Source: a bacterium (lineage in GTDB: Bacteria > Bacillota > Clostridia > Oscillospirales > CAG-382). From it: 64,000 bases of DNA. The stretch spans positions 56,323-120,322 of the forward strand of contig CAVLDN010000003.1 of the NCBI GenBank assembly GCA_963661975.1, written 5' to 3'. Positions 9,509 to 17,716 of this stretch are shown piece by piece (the first letter of the stretch is position 1; each line of letters begins with the position of its first letter). The notes beneath the pieces are model-generated. The model saw nothing but the letters and a program-made list of their open reading frames with translations. It was not told the origin of the DNA and ran no database searches. Both the position numbers and the translations under genes were made by a program.

Positions 9509-10395
9509 AATCGGGTATACTCGTTGTCTTCAAGCCCGAAGGCATCACATCGCACTGCGTTATTTCAAAGCTGCGTTATCTTTTGCGGGAACGGCAGATC
9601 GGTCATTGCGGCACGCTCGACCCGATGGCAAGCGGCGTTTTGCCGATAATGATCGGCAGCGCGGTCAAGGCAAGCGATTACCTTGTGGATCACGATAAGT
9701 GCTACACGGCGGGCATAACGCTCGGCGTGACGACCGACACACAGGACACAACCGGAAAGGTCATCTCCCGATTCGAAGGCGAACTGCCCGGGTTCGAGGA
9801 ATTCCGCAATGCGGCGGAATCCTTCCGAGGCGAAATAATGCAGACTCCGCCGATGTATTCGGCGCTGAAGGTCGGCGGTGTAAAGCTTTTGGATTATGCG
9901 CGGGAGGGTATCACCGTCGAACGGAATTCGAGAACGATCACAATACATTCGATACGCGCGTTCGAACGGGACGGCGGCTATTACCTTGATGTCCATTGCT
10001 CCCGCGGGACATACATCCGCACGCTTTGCGATGACATCGGCCGTGTGCTCGGCTGCGGCGGCTGTATGAATTCGCTTGTACGCACAAGAGTCGGTCGTTT
10101 TTGCGCAGAGGATTCGGTATTCTTCGACGATCTCAACGGAATGACCGTATCGGAAATAGAGGAGAAAATCATCCCGGTGGAGGAGTTGTTCACGCACCTC
10201 CCCGCAGGCAGGTTAGAACCGTTTTACGAGCATCTTTACCGCAACGGCGAAAAGATCAAAACCAAAAAGCTGCGCGGCATAAACGGCGAGCCCGGCACGG
10301 AATACCGCATTTATAATGAAAACGGCTTTTATTCCGTGGGCATTATCACCGAAAAGGACGGAATAACCTATTTCGGGAAGAAAAAGCTGTTCTGA
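9505..10395 (+). CDS. truB: tRNA pseudouridine(55) synthase TruB
   Basis: ATGA overlap with the DHH gene. Catalytic motif GHCGTLDPMASGVLPIM. Confidence 0.95.
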   Translation: MKSGILVVFKPEGITSHCVISKLRYLLRERQIGHCGTLDPMASGVLPIMIGSAVKASDYLVDHDKCYTAGITLGVTTDTQDTTGKVISRFEGELPGFEEFRNAAESFRGEIMQTPPMYSALKVGGVKLLDYAREGITVERNSRTITIHSIRAFERDGGYYLDVHCSRGTYIRTLCDDIGRVLGCGGCMNSLVRTRVGRFCAEDSVFFDDLNGMTVSEIEEKIIPVEELFTHLPAGRLEPFYEHLYRNGEKIKTKKLRGINGEPGTEYRIYNENGFYSVGIITEKDGITYFGKKKLF

Positions 10396-10421
10396 ACGCC
10401 GAATACAGCAAAAAAAGACAT

Positions 10422-10460
10422 ACGGATCATGGTATTTCAGTACCGTGATCCGTATTTTTG
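10422..10460 (+). terminator. strong rho-independent terminator ending the nusA-infB-truB operon
   Basis: 13-bp stem ACGGATCATGGTA (10422-10434) with TACCGTGATCCGT (10441-10453), including one G-U pair, followed by ATTTTTG. Confidence 0.85.
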
Positions 10461-10480
10461 TATTATGGAACAGGAGCAAA

Positions 10481-10746
10481 ATGGAGGTTTCGAGAATACT
10501 GCCACGCAAAAAGGACAAAACCATTCTTTTTCCGATGACGGATATTGCACCGAATCCGCTTCAACCGCGAAAAAAATTCGGTGAATCCGAGTTACGCTGC
10601 TTGCCGAAAGCCTGCGGTGCTGCGGAACATTGCAGCCTATAGATTATTCTTCAATACAATCGGCAAGGCCGTGCGCCTGCTTTCGGATTCGGGCTTTGCG
10701 GCCGATCGGCGACAAATATGAAGCCACGATAAAGGTACATAAATAA
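10481..10746 (+). pseudogene. relic of a Noc/ParB(Spo0J)-family gene (frameshifts plus internal deletion)
   Basis: SD AGGAG and ATG 10481 are intact. The ParB N-terminal box is present (DIAPNPLQPRKKFGESEL). The next conserved segment, LAESLRCCGTLQPI, continues only in the +1 frame. The HTH middle part is missing. Noc-like C-terminal fragments (RLFFNTIGKAVRLLSDSGFAA; DKYEATIKVHK*) lie in two different frames, ending at TAA 10744-10746. Confidence 0.55.
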
Positions 10747-10777
10747 GCGGCGGAGCTTACTGCCCCGCCGCCTTTTG
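10747..10777. terminator. bidirectional hairpin terminator between convergent units
   Basis: GCGGCGG (10747-10753) pairs with CCGCCGC (10765-10771). It is followed by TTTT on the + strand and by TTATTTAT on the - strand, 10 nt beyond the stop of the minus-strand gene at 10787. Confidence 0.6.
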
Positions 10778-10786
10778 AAATGCGCT

Positions 10787-11575
10787 TTACTTCTTTTTCC
10801 TGACTATAATAATGACAACAATGACAACAATGACCAGTGCCGTGCCGGAAAGAACCCAGAGCCAGGGGAATCCGCCGCCGATGGGGGCTTCCGTGGTCTT
10901 TATCCCGGGGATACTTTCGGCAGCGGAGCTTTCCGCCGCAGGCTGCGATACAACGGATTCATCAGAAGAACTTTCCGCTTCATCGGAGGATTCCGCGGCG
11001 GCATCGGAGGATTCGGCGACCTCCGCAGAGGACTCTCCCACACCGGTTTCGTCGGCGGAAGCGGCAGAGTCCTTATCCGCATAAACGGTGAGCGTGCCGT
11101 TATTGACCGTTTCGGCATCAAGATCCACACCTTTAAGCACAAGGTAATTGCCGTCCTTTACGGCAATGGCGGTGATTCTGTCCTCCCAGTTCGGGTATTC
11201 GGCAGCATTATCCGGGTTGCTTGTCGCCGAATGGAAGAAGAACGCGACCTGACCTTCGGAAAGCTTTGCATCGTGCGGATTGCCGGTGAGCGAAACCGCA
11301 TCACCTACAACGGTATAAACATTGCCCTGAACCTTCTGCGCGATAAAATATACCGCCCATACCGAGCCCGCGTTTTTGAGAGCCTCATCGGTGGTGAAAA
11401 CACATGAATCCTCGCCCGTGATGCTCTTATTGACCTTGTCGATACGGAAGGTATATCCGATAGCGGTATCGGCTTTTGCATCGCCGTTTTCACCAATGGT
11501 ATATTCCGCCGAAGCACCGAGAATAAACGAAAAACAAAGCAGAATTGAAAACACCGAAGCAATAATTTTTCTCAT
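10787..11575 (-). CDS. secreted, C-terminally membrane-anchored acidic surface protein (hypothetical)
   Basis: ATG 11575 (MRKIIASVFSILLCFSFILGASA signal peptide) is preceded by AAAGGGGA. It has a roughly 150-aa globular part, an Ala/Ser/Glu/Asp low-complexity linker, and a C-terminal TM helix (FPWLWVLSGTALVIVVIVVIIIV) followed by RKKK. Confidence 0.75.
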   Translation of the reverse strand: MRKIIASVFSILLCFSFILGASAEYTIGENGDAKADTAIGYTFRIDKVNKSITGEDSCVFTTDEALKNAGSVWAVYFIAQKVQGNVYTVVGDAVSLTGNPHDAKLSEGQVAFFFHSATSNPDNAAEYPNWEDRITAIAVKDGNYLVLKGVDLDAETVNNGTLTVYADKDSAASADETGVGESSAEVAESSDAAAESSDEAESSSDESVVSQPAAESSAAESIPGIKTTEAPIGGGFPWLWVLSGTALVIVVIVVIIIVRKKK

Positions 11576-11607
11576 GTTGATTTCCCCTTTTCTGTATTTG
11601 TTGATCA

Positions 11608-11638
11608 ATTATATCACACCTTTTTTTCACGATGTCAA
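11608..11638 (-). promoter_or_regulatory. promoter of the surface-protein gene
   Basis: On the minus strand: TTGACA (11638-11633), 19-nt spacer, TGaTATAAT (-10 at 11613-11608, extended -10). Confidence 0.5.
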
Positions 11639-11657
11639 TATGTAAATATTTGAGAAA

Positions 11658-12644
11658 TTACGCCATTCTCGCAAGCATTTCGCGTGTGACTTCCGTGACC
11701 ATCGGCTTGCCCGCAAGGAATGCCTCCAGTTCTTCGCAAACGTGCTGCCCGATCTTTTTCAGACCGTTGTTGGCAAGTCCGGCAAGGTGCGGGGTCATGA
11801 TGCAGTTGGGAAGCGTGCGGAGCGGGCTATCAACTGCGGGCGGTTCGGGATCGTAGACATCCAGGCAGGCGTATTTGAGGTTGCCGGCCTTCATATGCTC
11901 ATAAAGAGCGGCCTCGTCGATAATGGTTCCGCGGGCGGTATTGATAAGCACCGCATCCTTCTTCATCAAAGGAAGTGTCTCGGAATTGAACATATGATAG
12001 GTTTCGGGGATCTGAGGTGCGTGGATGGAGATAATGTCGCTTATTTCAAGCAGTTCCTTGAAGCCGACACTGCGCACGCCCAAAGCGTTTGCCTTTTCTT
12101 CGGTCATAAACGGATCGTAAACGACTATATCGACATCAAATGCGTGCATGAGCTGAATATAATGTCTGCCCGCCCAGCCTGCGCCGACAACGCCTATTGT
12201 AAGGTCGTAAAGCTCGCGGATATTCTCCTTGCCTTCCGCCCAAAGCCCGTTGTGAAGATTTGCGTTGAGGTTGTAGAAGTTTTTGGAAGCGGATATCGTA
12301 AAGCCGAGAGCCGTTTCGGAAACACCCTCCGAAAGCACATTGGCGCTTGCCGTCACGCGAACGTTTTTATCCCATAGCGCATCCGAAACAACCGGCTTCA
12401 CACTGCCGGCGGCGTGGATAAGTATTTTCAGGTTCGGGCAAAGCGCAAGGTATTTTTCGTCTATCGGCTGATTTCCCCACGATGTGACAATCGCATCCGC
12501 GTCCTTCACGAGCGGAGCAACGGAATCGAAATCAATGCCGCCTTCGTTTATAACGACCTCGCCCGAATTCGCAAGTCTTTTCAGACATTTTTCGTTGAAC
12601 ACCATTTTGCGTGTTCCCGAATCCATAATAAGAGCAATTTTCAT
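11658..12644 (-). CDS. D-isomer-specific 2-hydroxyacid dehydrogenase family, NAD-binding
   Basis: 328 aa with Rossmann motif GVVGAGWAGRH and catalytic-domain pattern ...TARGTIIDEAAL...LDVYDPEPP...TPHLAG. Confidence 0.85.
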   Translation of the reverse strand: MKIALIMDSGTRKMVFNEKCLKRLANSGEVVINEGGIDFDSVAPLVKDADAIVTSWGNQPIDEKYLALCPNLKILIHAAGSVKPVVSDALWDKNVRVTASANVLSEGVSETALGFTISASKNFYNLNANLHNGLWAEGKENIRELYDLTIGVVGAGWAGRHYIQLMHAFDVDIVVYDPFMTEEKANALGVRSVGFKELLEISDIISIHAPQIPETYHMFNSETLPLMKKDAVLINTARGTIIDEAALYEHMKAGNLKYACLDVYDPEPPAVDSPLRTLPNCIMTPHLAGLANNGLKKIGQHVCEELEAFLAGKPMVTEVTREMLARMA

Positions 12645-12661
12645 AATAGTAGCCTTTCTGT

Positions 12662-13960
12662 TTATTTGAACATTTCTTTATAACCGTTTTTGCGGAATAA
12701 TTTTCCGGAATCGGAATAGAAGCTATTCGGCGTATCTATGCATCCGCCGGCATTCGGATTGAATTGCAGCCCTTCGGGAAGCAGTGCGCCCATTTCCGCC
12801 CAATTCCTGTAATTCTGATCGCCGTTTATCTCGATCACGCCGCACTTCATCCCGTGCAGCGGCGAAATACGCGCGGCAAACTGCTTGTTCCATTCGGCAA
12901 GCAGGGGGACAACCGTGAGATCCGCACAAAGCGCTTCGCCGCCTGCTTCATTCACGGCGGCAGCCATTTCAAACGAAACCGACATTGTTTTTGCGATAGG
13001 TTTGAGTGCGACCGCGCGGTACCCGAGCGCGATACGCGCTTTCACATCGGAAAGCGAGTGTGCCGATTCATCGGCGTTAATAACAACCGGAAGCCGCGAA
13101 ACGTCAATTTCGTTTTCCGCGGCGAACGGTTCCTCGATAAGCTCTATCCTTTCGAGCGCGCCGATCTTATCCGCATGGTCGATAAGCGCTTCAAGACGTT
13201 CGAAACTGTCGTACCTTCCGTTTGCATCAAGATAATAGCGCACACAGCCGTCCTTTGTGAGCGGAGTTGTATATTCCTTTGCTATGGAATGGATCTCCGA
13301 AAGCCTTGCCTTATCCCATTCCAGCATGGTTTTCATATCCTCTGCGCGTGTAAACCCCTTCCCTGCGGAATGGCCGATCTTTATCTTCATCAGCGCCGTG
13401 CCGGAATCGAGCAGTGAACGGACGGAATCTCCGCTCACGGCGTAGCTCACAAGCGGTATCCGCGCAAGCCTTTCGCTGCGGTGCGAAAGTGCTTTTTTCG
13501 CATATTCGGGTATAATTCCGTCGAAATCCTTTATCCCGTTTTCGAGCGCGCAGACCGACCAAAGTGCATAATCCACACCCACGAGCGAATTGAGAACGAA
13601 TGTATCGGCAGGTGCAAACCCGCATATCCGCTCCGCCTCTGCCCTGACCTGCGGGAAATATTCGTGCAGGAACAGATCGGGGCGTTCAAAGCTTTCGCCT
13701 GCAATGATTTTTAACGCATATTCGGTTATCCGCTTCATCATTTCGGCGGAAGGATCCGGCCCGAAGGCGGAAAAAACTCTTTCATCCGACCAAAGCGTGC
13801 TTATCGTACAGGGGCAGGCGGCGGAAAAGCCGTTTTCGGTGGAAACGAATGCCGCTGTCTGCCAAAGATCGGTAAGATAGCTTCCCTTGAAGCCGAACGG
13901 CGCGGCAAGCGCCTCCTTATAAAACCGTATGTCCGTATCTTTTATAACTATCCGTTTCAT
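12662..13960 (-). CDS. enolase-superfamily enzyme (MR/MLE-like, unknown specificity)
   Basis: 432 aa with KxK motif (LMKIKIG), metal-ligand pattern YLDANGRY / IELIEEPF / INADES, and a second Lys strand (VALKPIAK). ATGA overlap with the coaD stop. Confidence 0.6.
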   Translation of the reverse strand: MKRIVIKDTDIRFYKEALAAPFGFKGSYLTDLWQTAAFVSTENGFSAACPCTISTLWSDERVFSAFGPDPSAEMMKRITEYALKIIAGESFERPDLFLHEYFPQVRAEAERICGFAPADTFVLNSLVGVDYALWSVCALENGIKDFDGIIPEYAKKALSHRSERLARIPLVSYAVSGDSVRSLLDSGTALMKIKIGHSAGKGFTRAEDMKTMLEWDKARLSEIHSIAKEYTTPLTKDGCVRYYLDANGRYDSFERLEALIDHADKIGALERIELIEEPFAAENEIDVSRLPVVINADESAHSLSDVKARIALGYRAVALKPIAKTMSVSFEMAAAVNEAGGEALCADLTVVPLLAEWNKQFAARISPLHGMKCGVIEINGDQNYRNWAEMGALLPEGLQFNPNAGGCIDTPNSFYSDSGKLFRKNGYKEMFK

Positions 13961-14439
13961 TCTTTGCCTTCCGAATATGCATATAATACATCGGCCGCGG
14001 CATCGGGTACGGCATCGCGTGCATCCCTACCGTAACGGAAAAGCTCACGCGCGTAGGTGGAGCTCAGATGGGCAAGCTCCGGCTTTGCCGGCAAAACGAC
14101 GGTTTCGCCCGCGCCGAGCGAATTATTCGCCCAAGCAATGCTCCACTCGTAATCGAAATCCGCACCGCTGCGTGCGCCGCGCACGATAACCGGGTTCTCG
14201 TATTCTGCGCACAGATCGGCAAGAAGCCCTTCGCATATACGCACCGACACATTTTCCATACCGCCGACAGCCGCGGCAACGGCCCGAGCGCGCACCTCCG
14301 GCGGGAACATTCCCTTTTTTTCGGTATTGGCGGCAACGGCGACAACCACCCTGCCGAACACCTTTGCGGCACGGGCGATAATATCCGTATGTCCTTTAGT
14401 GATAGGGTCGAACGAGCCCGAAACTATTGCCGTAGTCAT
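13957..14439 (-). CDS. coaD: phosphopantetheine adenylyltransferase
   Basis: 160 aa with motif GSFDPITKGHTDII. 4-nt overlap with rsmD. Confidence 0.95.
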   Translation of the reverse strand: MTTAIVSGSFDPITKGHTDIIARAAKVFGRVVVAVAANTEKKGMFPPEVRARAVAAAVGGMENVSVRICEGLLADLCAEYENPVIVRGARSGADFDYEWSIAWANNSLGAGETVVLPAKPELAHLSSTYARELFRYGRDARDAVPDAAADVLYAYSEGKE

Positions 14440-15005
14440 TCCGCCGCCTCCTCTGATACTTTCTCCGGCAGGCGCATTATCATCACAAAAGTCTTGCCGT
14501 AGCGGTATATCTTTGCCGACCAGGAATCATCCGGCGCGGGAACGCCCGTCTGCGCCGATTCGGCAACGATTATCGCGCCCGGCGCAAGAAGATCAAGTGC
14601 CTTCAGCTTTTTCAAAACGCCTTCCAAAACGCCGTCGTTATAAGGCGGATCGAGAAAAACAAGGTCGAACCGTTCCTTGCCGGAGGCGGTCTTTACAAAA
14701 TCCTTCCAATCCGAGCAGACGACACGGCACTGCTCCATCAGTTTTGTCTTCACGGCGTTTGCGCGTATTATTTCACACGCAGCGCGGGAATTATCCACCA
14801 CGGTTGCCCTTTCCGCCCCGCGTGAAAGTGCTTCCAGCGCCATTTGCCCGCTTCCGCCGAAAAGATCGAGCACGTTTCTGCCGTGCAGCTCGAACTGTAT
14901 CGCGGAAAAAACGCCCTCCTTGCAGATCTCGGTCGTGGGCCTTGTATCGGTTCCGGGCAGCGTTTTCAGTGTTGTACCGCGCGCCTTACCTGTTATTATC
15001 CTCAT
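14436..15005 (-). CDS. rsmD: 16S rRNA (guanine(966)-N(2))-methyltransferase RsmD
   Basis: 189 aa; MRIITGKARG... N-terminus, LDLFGGSG and FLDPPY motifs. Conserved rsmD-coaD pair. Confidence 0.9.
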   Translation of the reverse strand: MRIITGKARGTTLKTLPGTDTRPTTEICKEGVFSAIQFELHGRNVLDLFGGSGQMALEALSRGAERATVVDNSRAACEIIRANAVKTKLMEQCRVVCSDWKDFVKTASGKERFDLVFLDPPYNDGVLEGVLKKLKALDLLAPGAIIVAESAQTGVPAPDDSWSAKIYRYGKTFVMIMRLPEKVSEEAAE

Positions 15006-16824
15006 TTTGTTCCTTTCCGAAGTATTCCGTTATCGCGTCCGCTATCGGCTCGGTTATACCCTTCACCTTCATAAGCTCCTCCTTCGGCGCCTCGCGCAGG
15101 GCTTTGAGTGTTCCGAAGTGAAGCATAAGGTCGTTCGCACGCTTTTCGCCGACACCCTTGATCTGTGTCAGGCTGCTCTTGCGCACCGCGTTCCTGCGCC
15201 TTGTATCCATCGCCGAAAGCGAATAACGGTGTACCTCCTCCTGTATTTTATACATAAACACAAACGCATCCTGGCGTGTCGTGAGCGATATTTCGCCTGT
15301 GCCGTCGGTGAGTGTCCTTGTTTTGTGATGTTCATCCTTTATCATACCGAAGACCGGTATGGAAAGCCCGTACCCGTTCAACACCTTCTGCACCGTGCGC
15401 ACCTGATTTTCGGCACCGTCGATAAGCATAAGGTCAGGGTATTCCCAACCCGGTTCGTCCGCCGAATGTGCGAATCTGCGCGTGAGCGCTTCCTCCATGG
15501 CGGCAAGATCGTCGCCGTCCGATACCGAACGGATGTTGAAGCTTCTGTATTTTTTGCGGGCAAACACGCCGTGCTCGAGCACGATCATGCCGCAGCTTGT
15601 GTATTCCCCGCCGGAATGTGAAATATCGTAGGATTCTATGCGCTCCGGAACGACCTCCAACCCCAAAAGCTTGGCAATGGAAACAAGAAAATCCATGCGT
15701 TTATCGTCGCTCGCGCGCTTGTGCAGCAAAAGATTTTTTGCATTGTCCGCAGCGCGTACGGCAAGCGCATGCATATCGCCGCGTTCGGGGATTATCACGG
15801 TGACCTTGTAGCCCGCCGTTTCGGAAAGTGCATCACCGAGAAGCGCACATTCGGCGGCGTCCAGCGAAGCGGAAATATAAATCCTGTGCGGAACATAGCC
15901 GCGCAGCGTATAATACCTTTGCAAAAACGAAACGAGCGATGCACCGGAAACAATCTCATCCGCGCCGAAAAAGAAATTTTCGCGGTCCACTATCGCGCCG
16001 CCGCGAACGAAAAGGAGCGAAAGCGCACCGCCTAAATCATCCGAATAAACGCCGATAAAATCGGTTTCGATATTCGGATTGCAGACAATCTGCTGCTTTT
16101 CGGATATCTTTTTCACCGCACGGATACAGTCGCGCAGCTTGGCGGCAAGCTCAAAGTTGAGCCCCTCGGAGGCGATATTCATGTTCTGTTCGAGCGCGGA
16201 AACGAGATTTTTTCCATCGCCCTTCAAAAGTTGTGCGGCGCGGTTGCAGATATCCGTATATTCCTGCGCCGAAACGTGCCCCTTCACGCACGGTGCGCAG
16301 CAGCGCCCGATATGATAATTCAGGCAGGGCCTGCCCTTGCCGATATCCTTCGGGAAGCTCTTTCCGCAGGATGGCAGCTGAAACGCCTTTTTAATCGTTT
16401 CCAAAATATCCTTTGCCACGCGGTGGGAGGAATACGGTCCGAAATACTTGCCTGTTTCCGTCCGGCGGTAAACTATGGTAAATTCGGGGTATGCCGCGCC
16501 GGACATACGGATATACGGGTAGCCCCCTCCGTCCTTTAATTTTATATTATAACGCGGCTGGAACTGCTTTATAAACTGGTTTTCCTGCAAAAGCGCTTCA
16601 AGCTCCGTCGCGGTGAAGTAAACCTCGAAATCGTCGACCGACTCGACCATTCTCCGTGTCTTCCCGTGGTGGTCGGCATAGGGTGCAAAATAGCTCGAAA
16701 CGCGGTTACGCAGTGCCTTTGACTTGCCGACATATATCACCTTGCCGCTCTTTGAGTGCATTATATATACGCCCGGCGTAAGCGGAAGCAGGCGTGCTTT
16801 TTCGTAAAGCTCCTCGCGCGTCAT
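14986..16824 (-). CDS. uvrC: excinuclease ABC subunit C
   Basis: GIY-YIG motif (GVYIMHSKSGKVIYVGKSKALRNRVSSYF), UvrBC and HhH regions. ATG 16824 has SD AGGTG 6 nt upstream; the track start GTG 16833 is also possible. Confidence 0.93.
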   Translation of the reverse strand: MTREELYEKARLLPLTPGVYIMHSKSGKVIYVGKSKALRNRVSSYFAPYADHHGKTRRMVESVDDFEVYFTATELEALLQENQFIKQFQPRYNIKLKDGGGYPYIRMSGAAYPEFTIVYRRTETGKYFGPYSSHRVAKDILETIKKAFQLPSCGKSFPKDIGKGRPCLNYHIGRCCAPCVKGHVSAQEYTDICNRAAQLLKGDGKNLVSALEQNMNIASEGLNFELAAKLRDCIRAVKKISEKQQIVCNPNIETDFIGVYSDDLGGALSLLFVRGGAIVDRENFFFGADEIVSGASLVSFLQRYYTLRGYVPHRIYISASLDAAECALLGDALSETAGYKVTVIIPERGDMHALAVRAADNAKNLLLHKRASDDKRMDFLVSIAKLLGLEVVPERIESYDISHSGGEYTSCGMIVLEHGVFARKKYRSFNIRSVSDGDDLAAMEEALTRRFAHSADEPGWEYPDLMLIDGAENQVRTVQKVLNGYGLSIPVFGMIKDEHHKTRTLTDGTGEISLTTRQDAFVFMYKIQEEVHRYSLSAMDTRRRNAVRKSSLTQIKGVGEKRANDLMLHFGTLKALREAPKEELMKVKGITEPIADAITEYFGKEQNEDNNR

Positions 16825-16835
16825 AACAAACACCT

Positions 16836-16868
16836 ACAAAAAATGCCCTGAACGGTTAATTCAAGGCG
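16836..16868 (-). terminator. rho-independent terminator of ptsH
   Basis: On the minus-strand RNA, GCCTTGAA pairs with TTCAGGGC (one G-U, which would be a C-A mismatch on the + strand), followed by ATTTTTTG. It starts 22 nt after the ptsH stop. Confidence 0.7.
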
Positions 16869-16889
16869 AAAAAAGATTATCGGATATAA

Positions 16890-17153
16890 TTATTCGTTAA
16901 AGCCGCCCATAACAAGGCTGACAAGACCGTCCACCGCGGCTTCCTCATCCGGGCCGTCGGCAAGAACGGTTATGATATCGCCCTTGGATATACCGAGCGA
17001 AAGAACGCCCAAAAGGCTTTTTGCATTTGCTCTGCGGTCGCTGTTTTCTACCCAAATAGAGCTGCGGTAGGAATTGGCTTTTTGAATGAAATATGTTGCG
17101 GGCCTTGCGTGAAGACCGACAGTGTTCTGTATCTCAATGTTCTTAGTTGTCAT
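16890..17153 (-). CDS. ptsH: phosphocarrier protein HPr
   Basis: ATG 17153 (MTTKNIEIQN...) after GGGGG. His15 motif GLHARPA and Ser46 motif NAKSLLGVLSLG. The track ORF start at 17207 is an upstream extension. No ptsI is adjacent. Confidence 0.9.
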   Translation of the reverse strand: MTTKNIEIQNTVGLHARPATYFIQKANSYRSSIWVENSDRRANAKSLLGVLSLGISKGDIITVLADGPDEEAAVDGLVSLVMGGFNE

Positions 17154-17178
17154 ATTGCTATACCCCCGTACATTACAC

Positions 17179-17207
17179 ATTATATCAAATAAAGCGATAT
17201 GAATCAA
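17179..17207 (-). promoter_or_regulatory. consensus-like SigA promoter of ptsH
   Basis: On the minus strand: TTGATT (17207-17202), 17 nt, TATAAT (17184-17179). Confidence 0.65.
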
Positions 17208-17234
17208 TAGTCTTTTATTGATTATAACTACGAA

Positions 17235-17262
17235 ATGCCCGCCGACATCGGGCGTTTTTTTG
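17235..17262. terminator. hairpin terminator downstream of the DUF4330-like gene, better oriented for the + strand
   Basis: GCCCG (17237-17241) pairs with CGGGC (17249-17253). It is followed by G plus TTTTTTT on the + strand, but only by ATTTCG on the minus strand. Confidence 0.5.
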
Positions 17263-17275
17263 TTTGAAATAGCTA

Positions 17276-17716
17276 TTATGAGCCCGAATCCGGGTATTTA
17301 TCGCGAGTGTATATATCGCGGACGGCAAATTCGATCCCGCCGCCCGAAACAACGGATGATGTCGAGATTCGCTCCCCGTTTGTGTCGTAATATCTTCCGA
17401 TGCGCTTATATCCGAAAAACGAGCACCGTATTTCGAGGCAGACAAGCCCTTCTTCATTCGGGCGCGAAATAAGCGCTTCTTCGATGCGCAGCGTTGTTCC
17501 GTCAGGAAGCGAGGCTTCCGAAATGCGCGCACGGAACGCAGCCGCTTCGGAAGCGGAAATATACTCCGATTCGGCAACAAGCTCCACGCCTATCTCCTCC
17601 GGAGAGCCGAAGGCTTCGGCAATGTCATTGCGGAATATCACCGCGGCCACCGCGCAGATCACCGCCGCAACGATGGCAAGATCGAGAATATTGAACCGTG
17701 CCTTGCGCTTTTGCAT
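17276..17716 (-). CDS. DUF4330-like single-pass membrane protein (hypothetical)
   Basis: 146 aa. N-terminal KARFNILDLAIVAAVICAVAAVIF anchor followed by a beta-rich domain. The start codon abuts the stop of the upstream membrane-protein gene (TAAATG). Confidence 0.65.
   Translation of the reverse strand: MQKRKARFNILDLAIVAAVICAVAAVIFRNDIAEAFGSPEEIGVELVAESEYISASEAAAFRARISEASLPDGTTLRIEEALISRPNEEGLVCLEIRCSFFGYKRIGRYYDTNGERISTSSVVSGGGIEFAVRDIYTRDKYPDSGS

Noticed and set aside
10396-10786. The convergent strand switch (+ block to - block) considered as a replication terminus.
   Set aside because: No dif-like sequence is seen, and several other strand switches occur in the window. GC skew cannot be assessed by eye.
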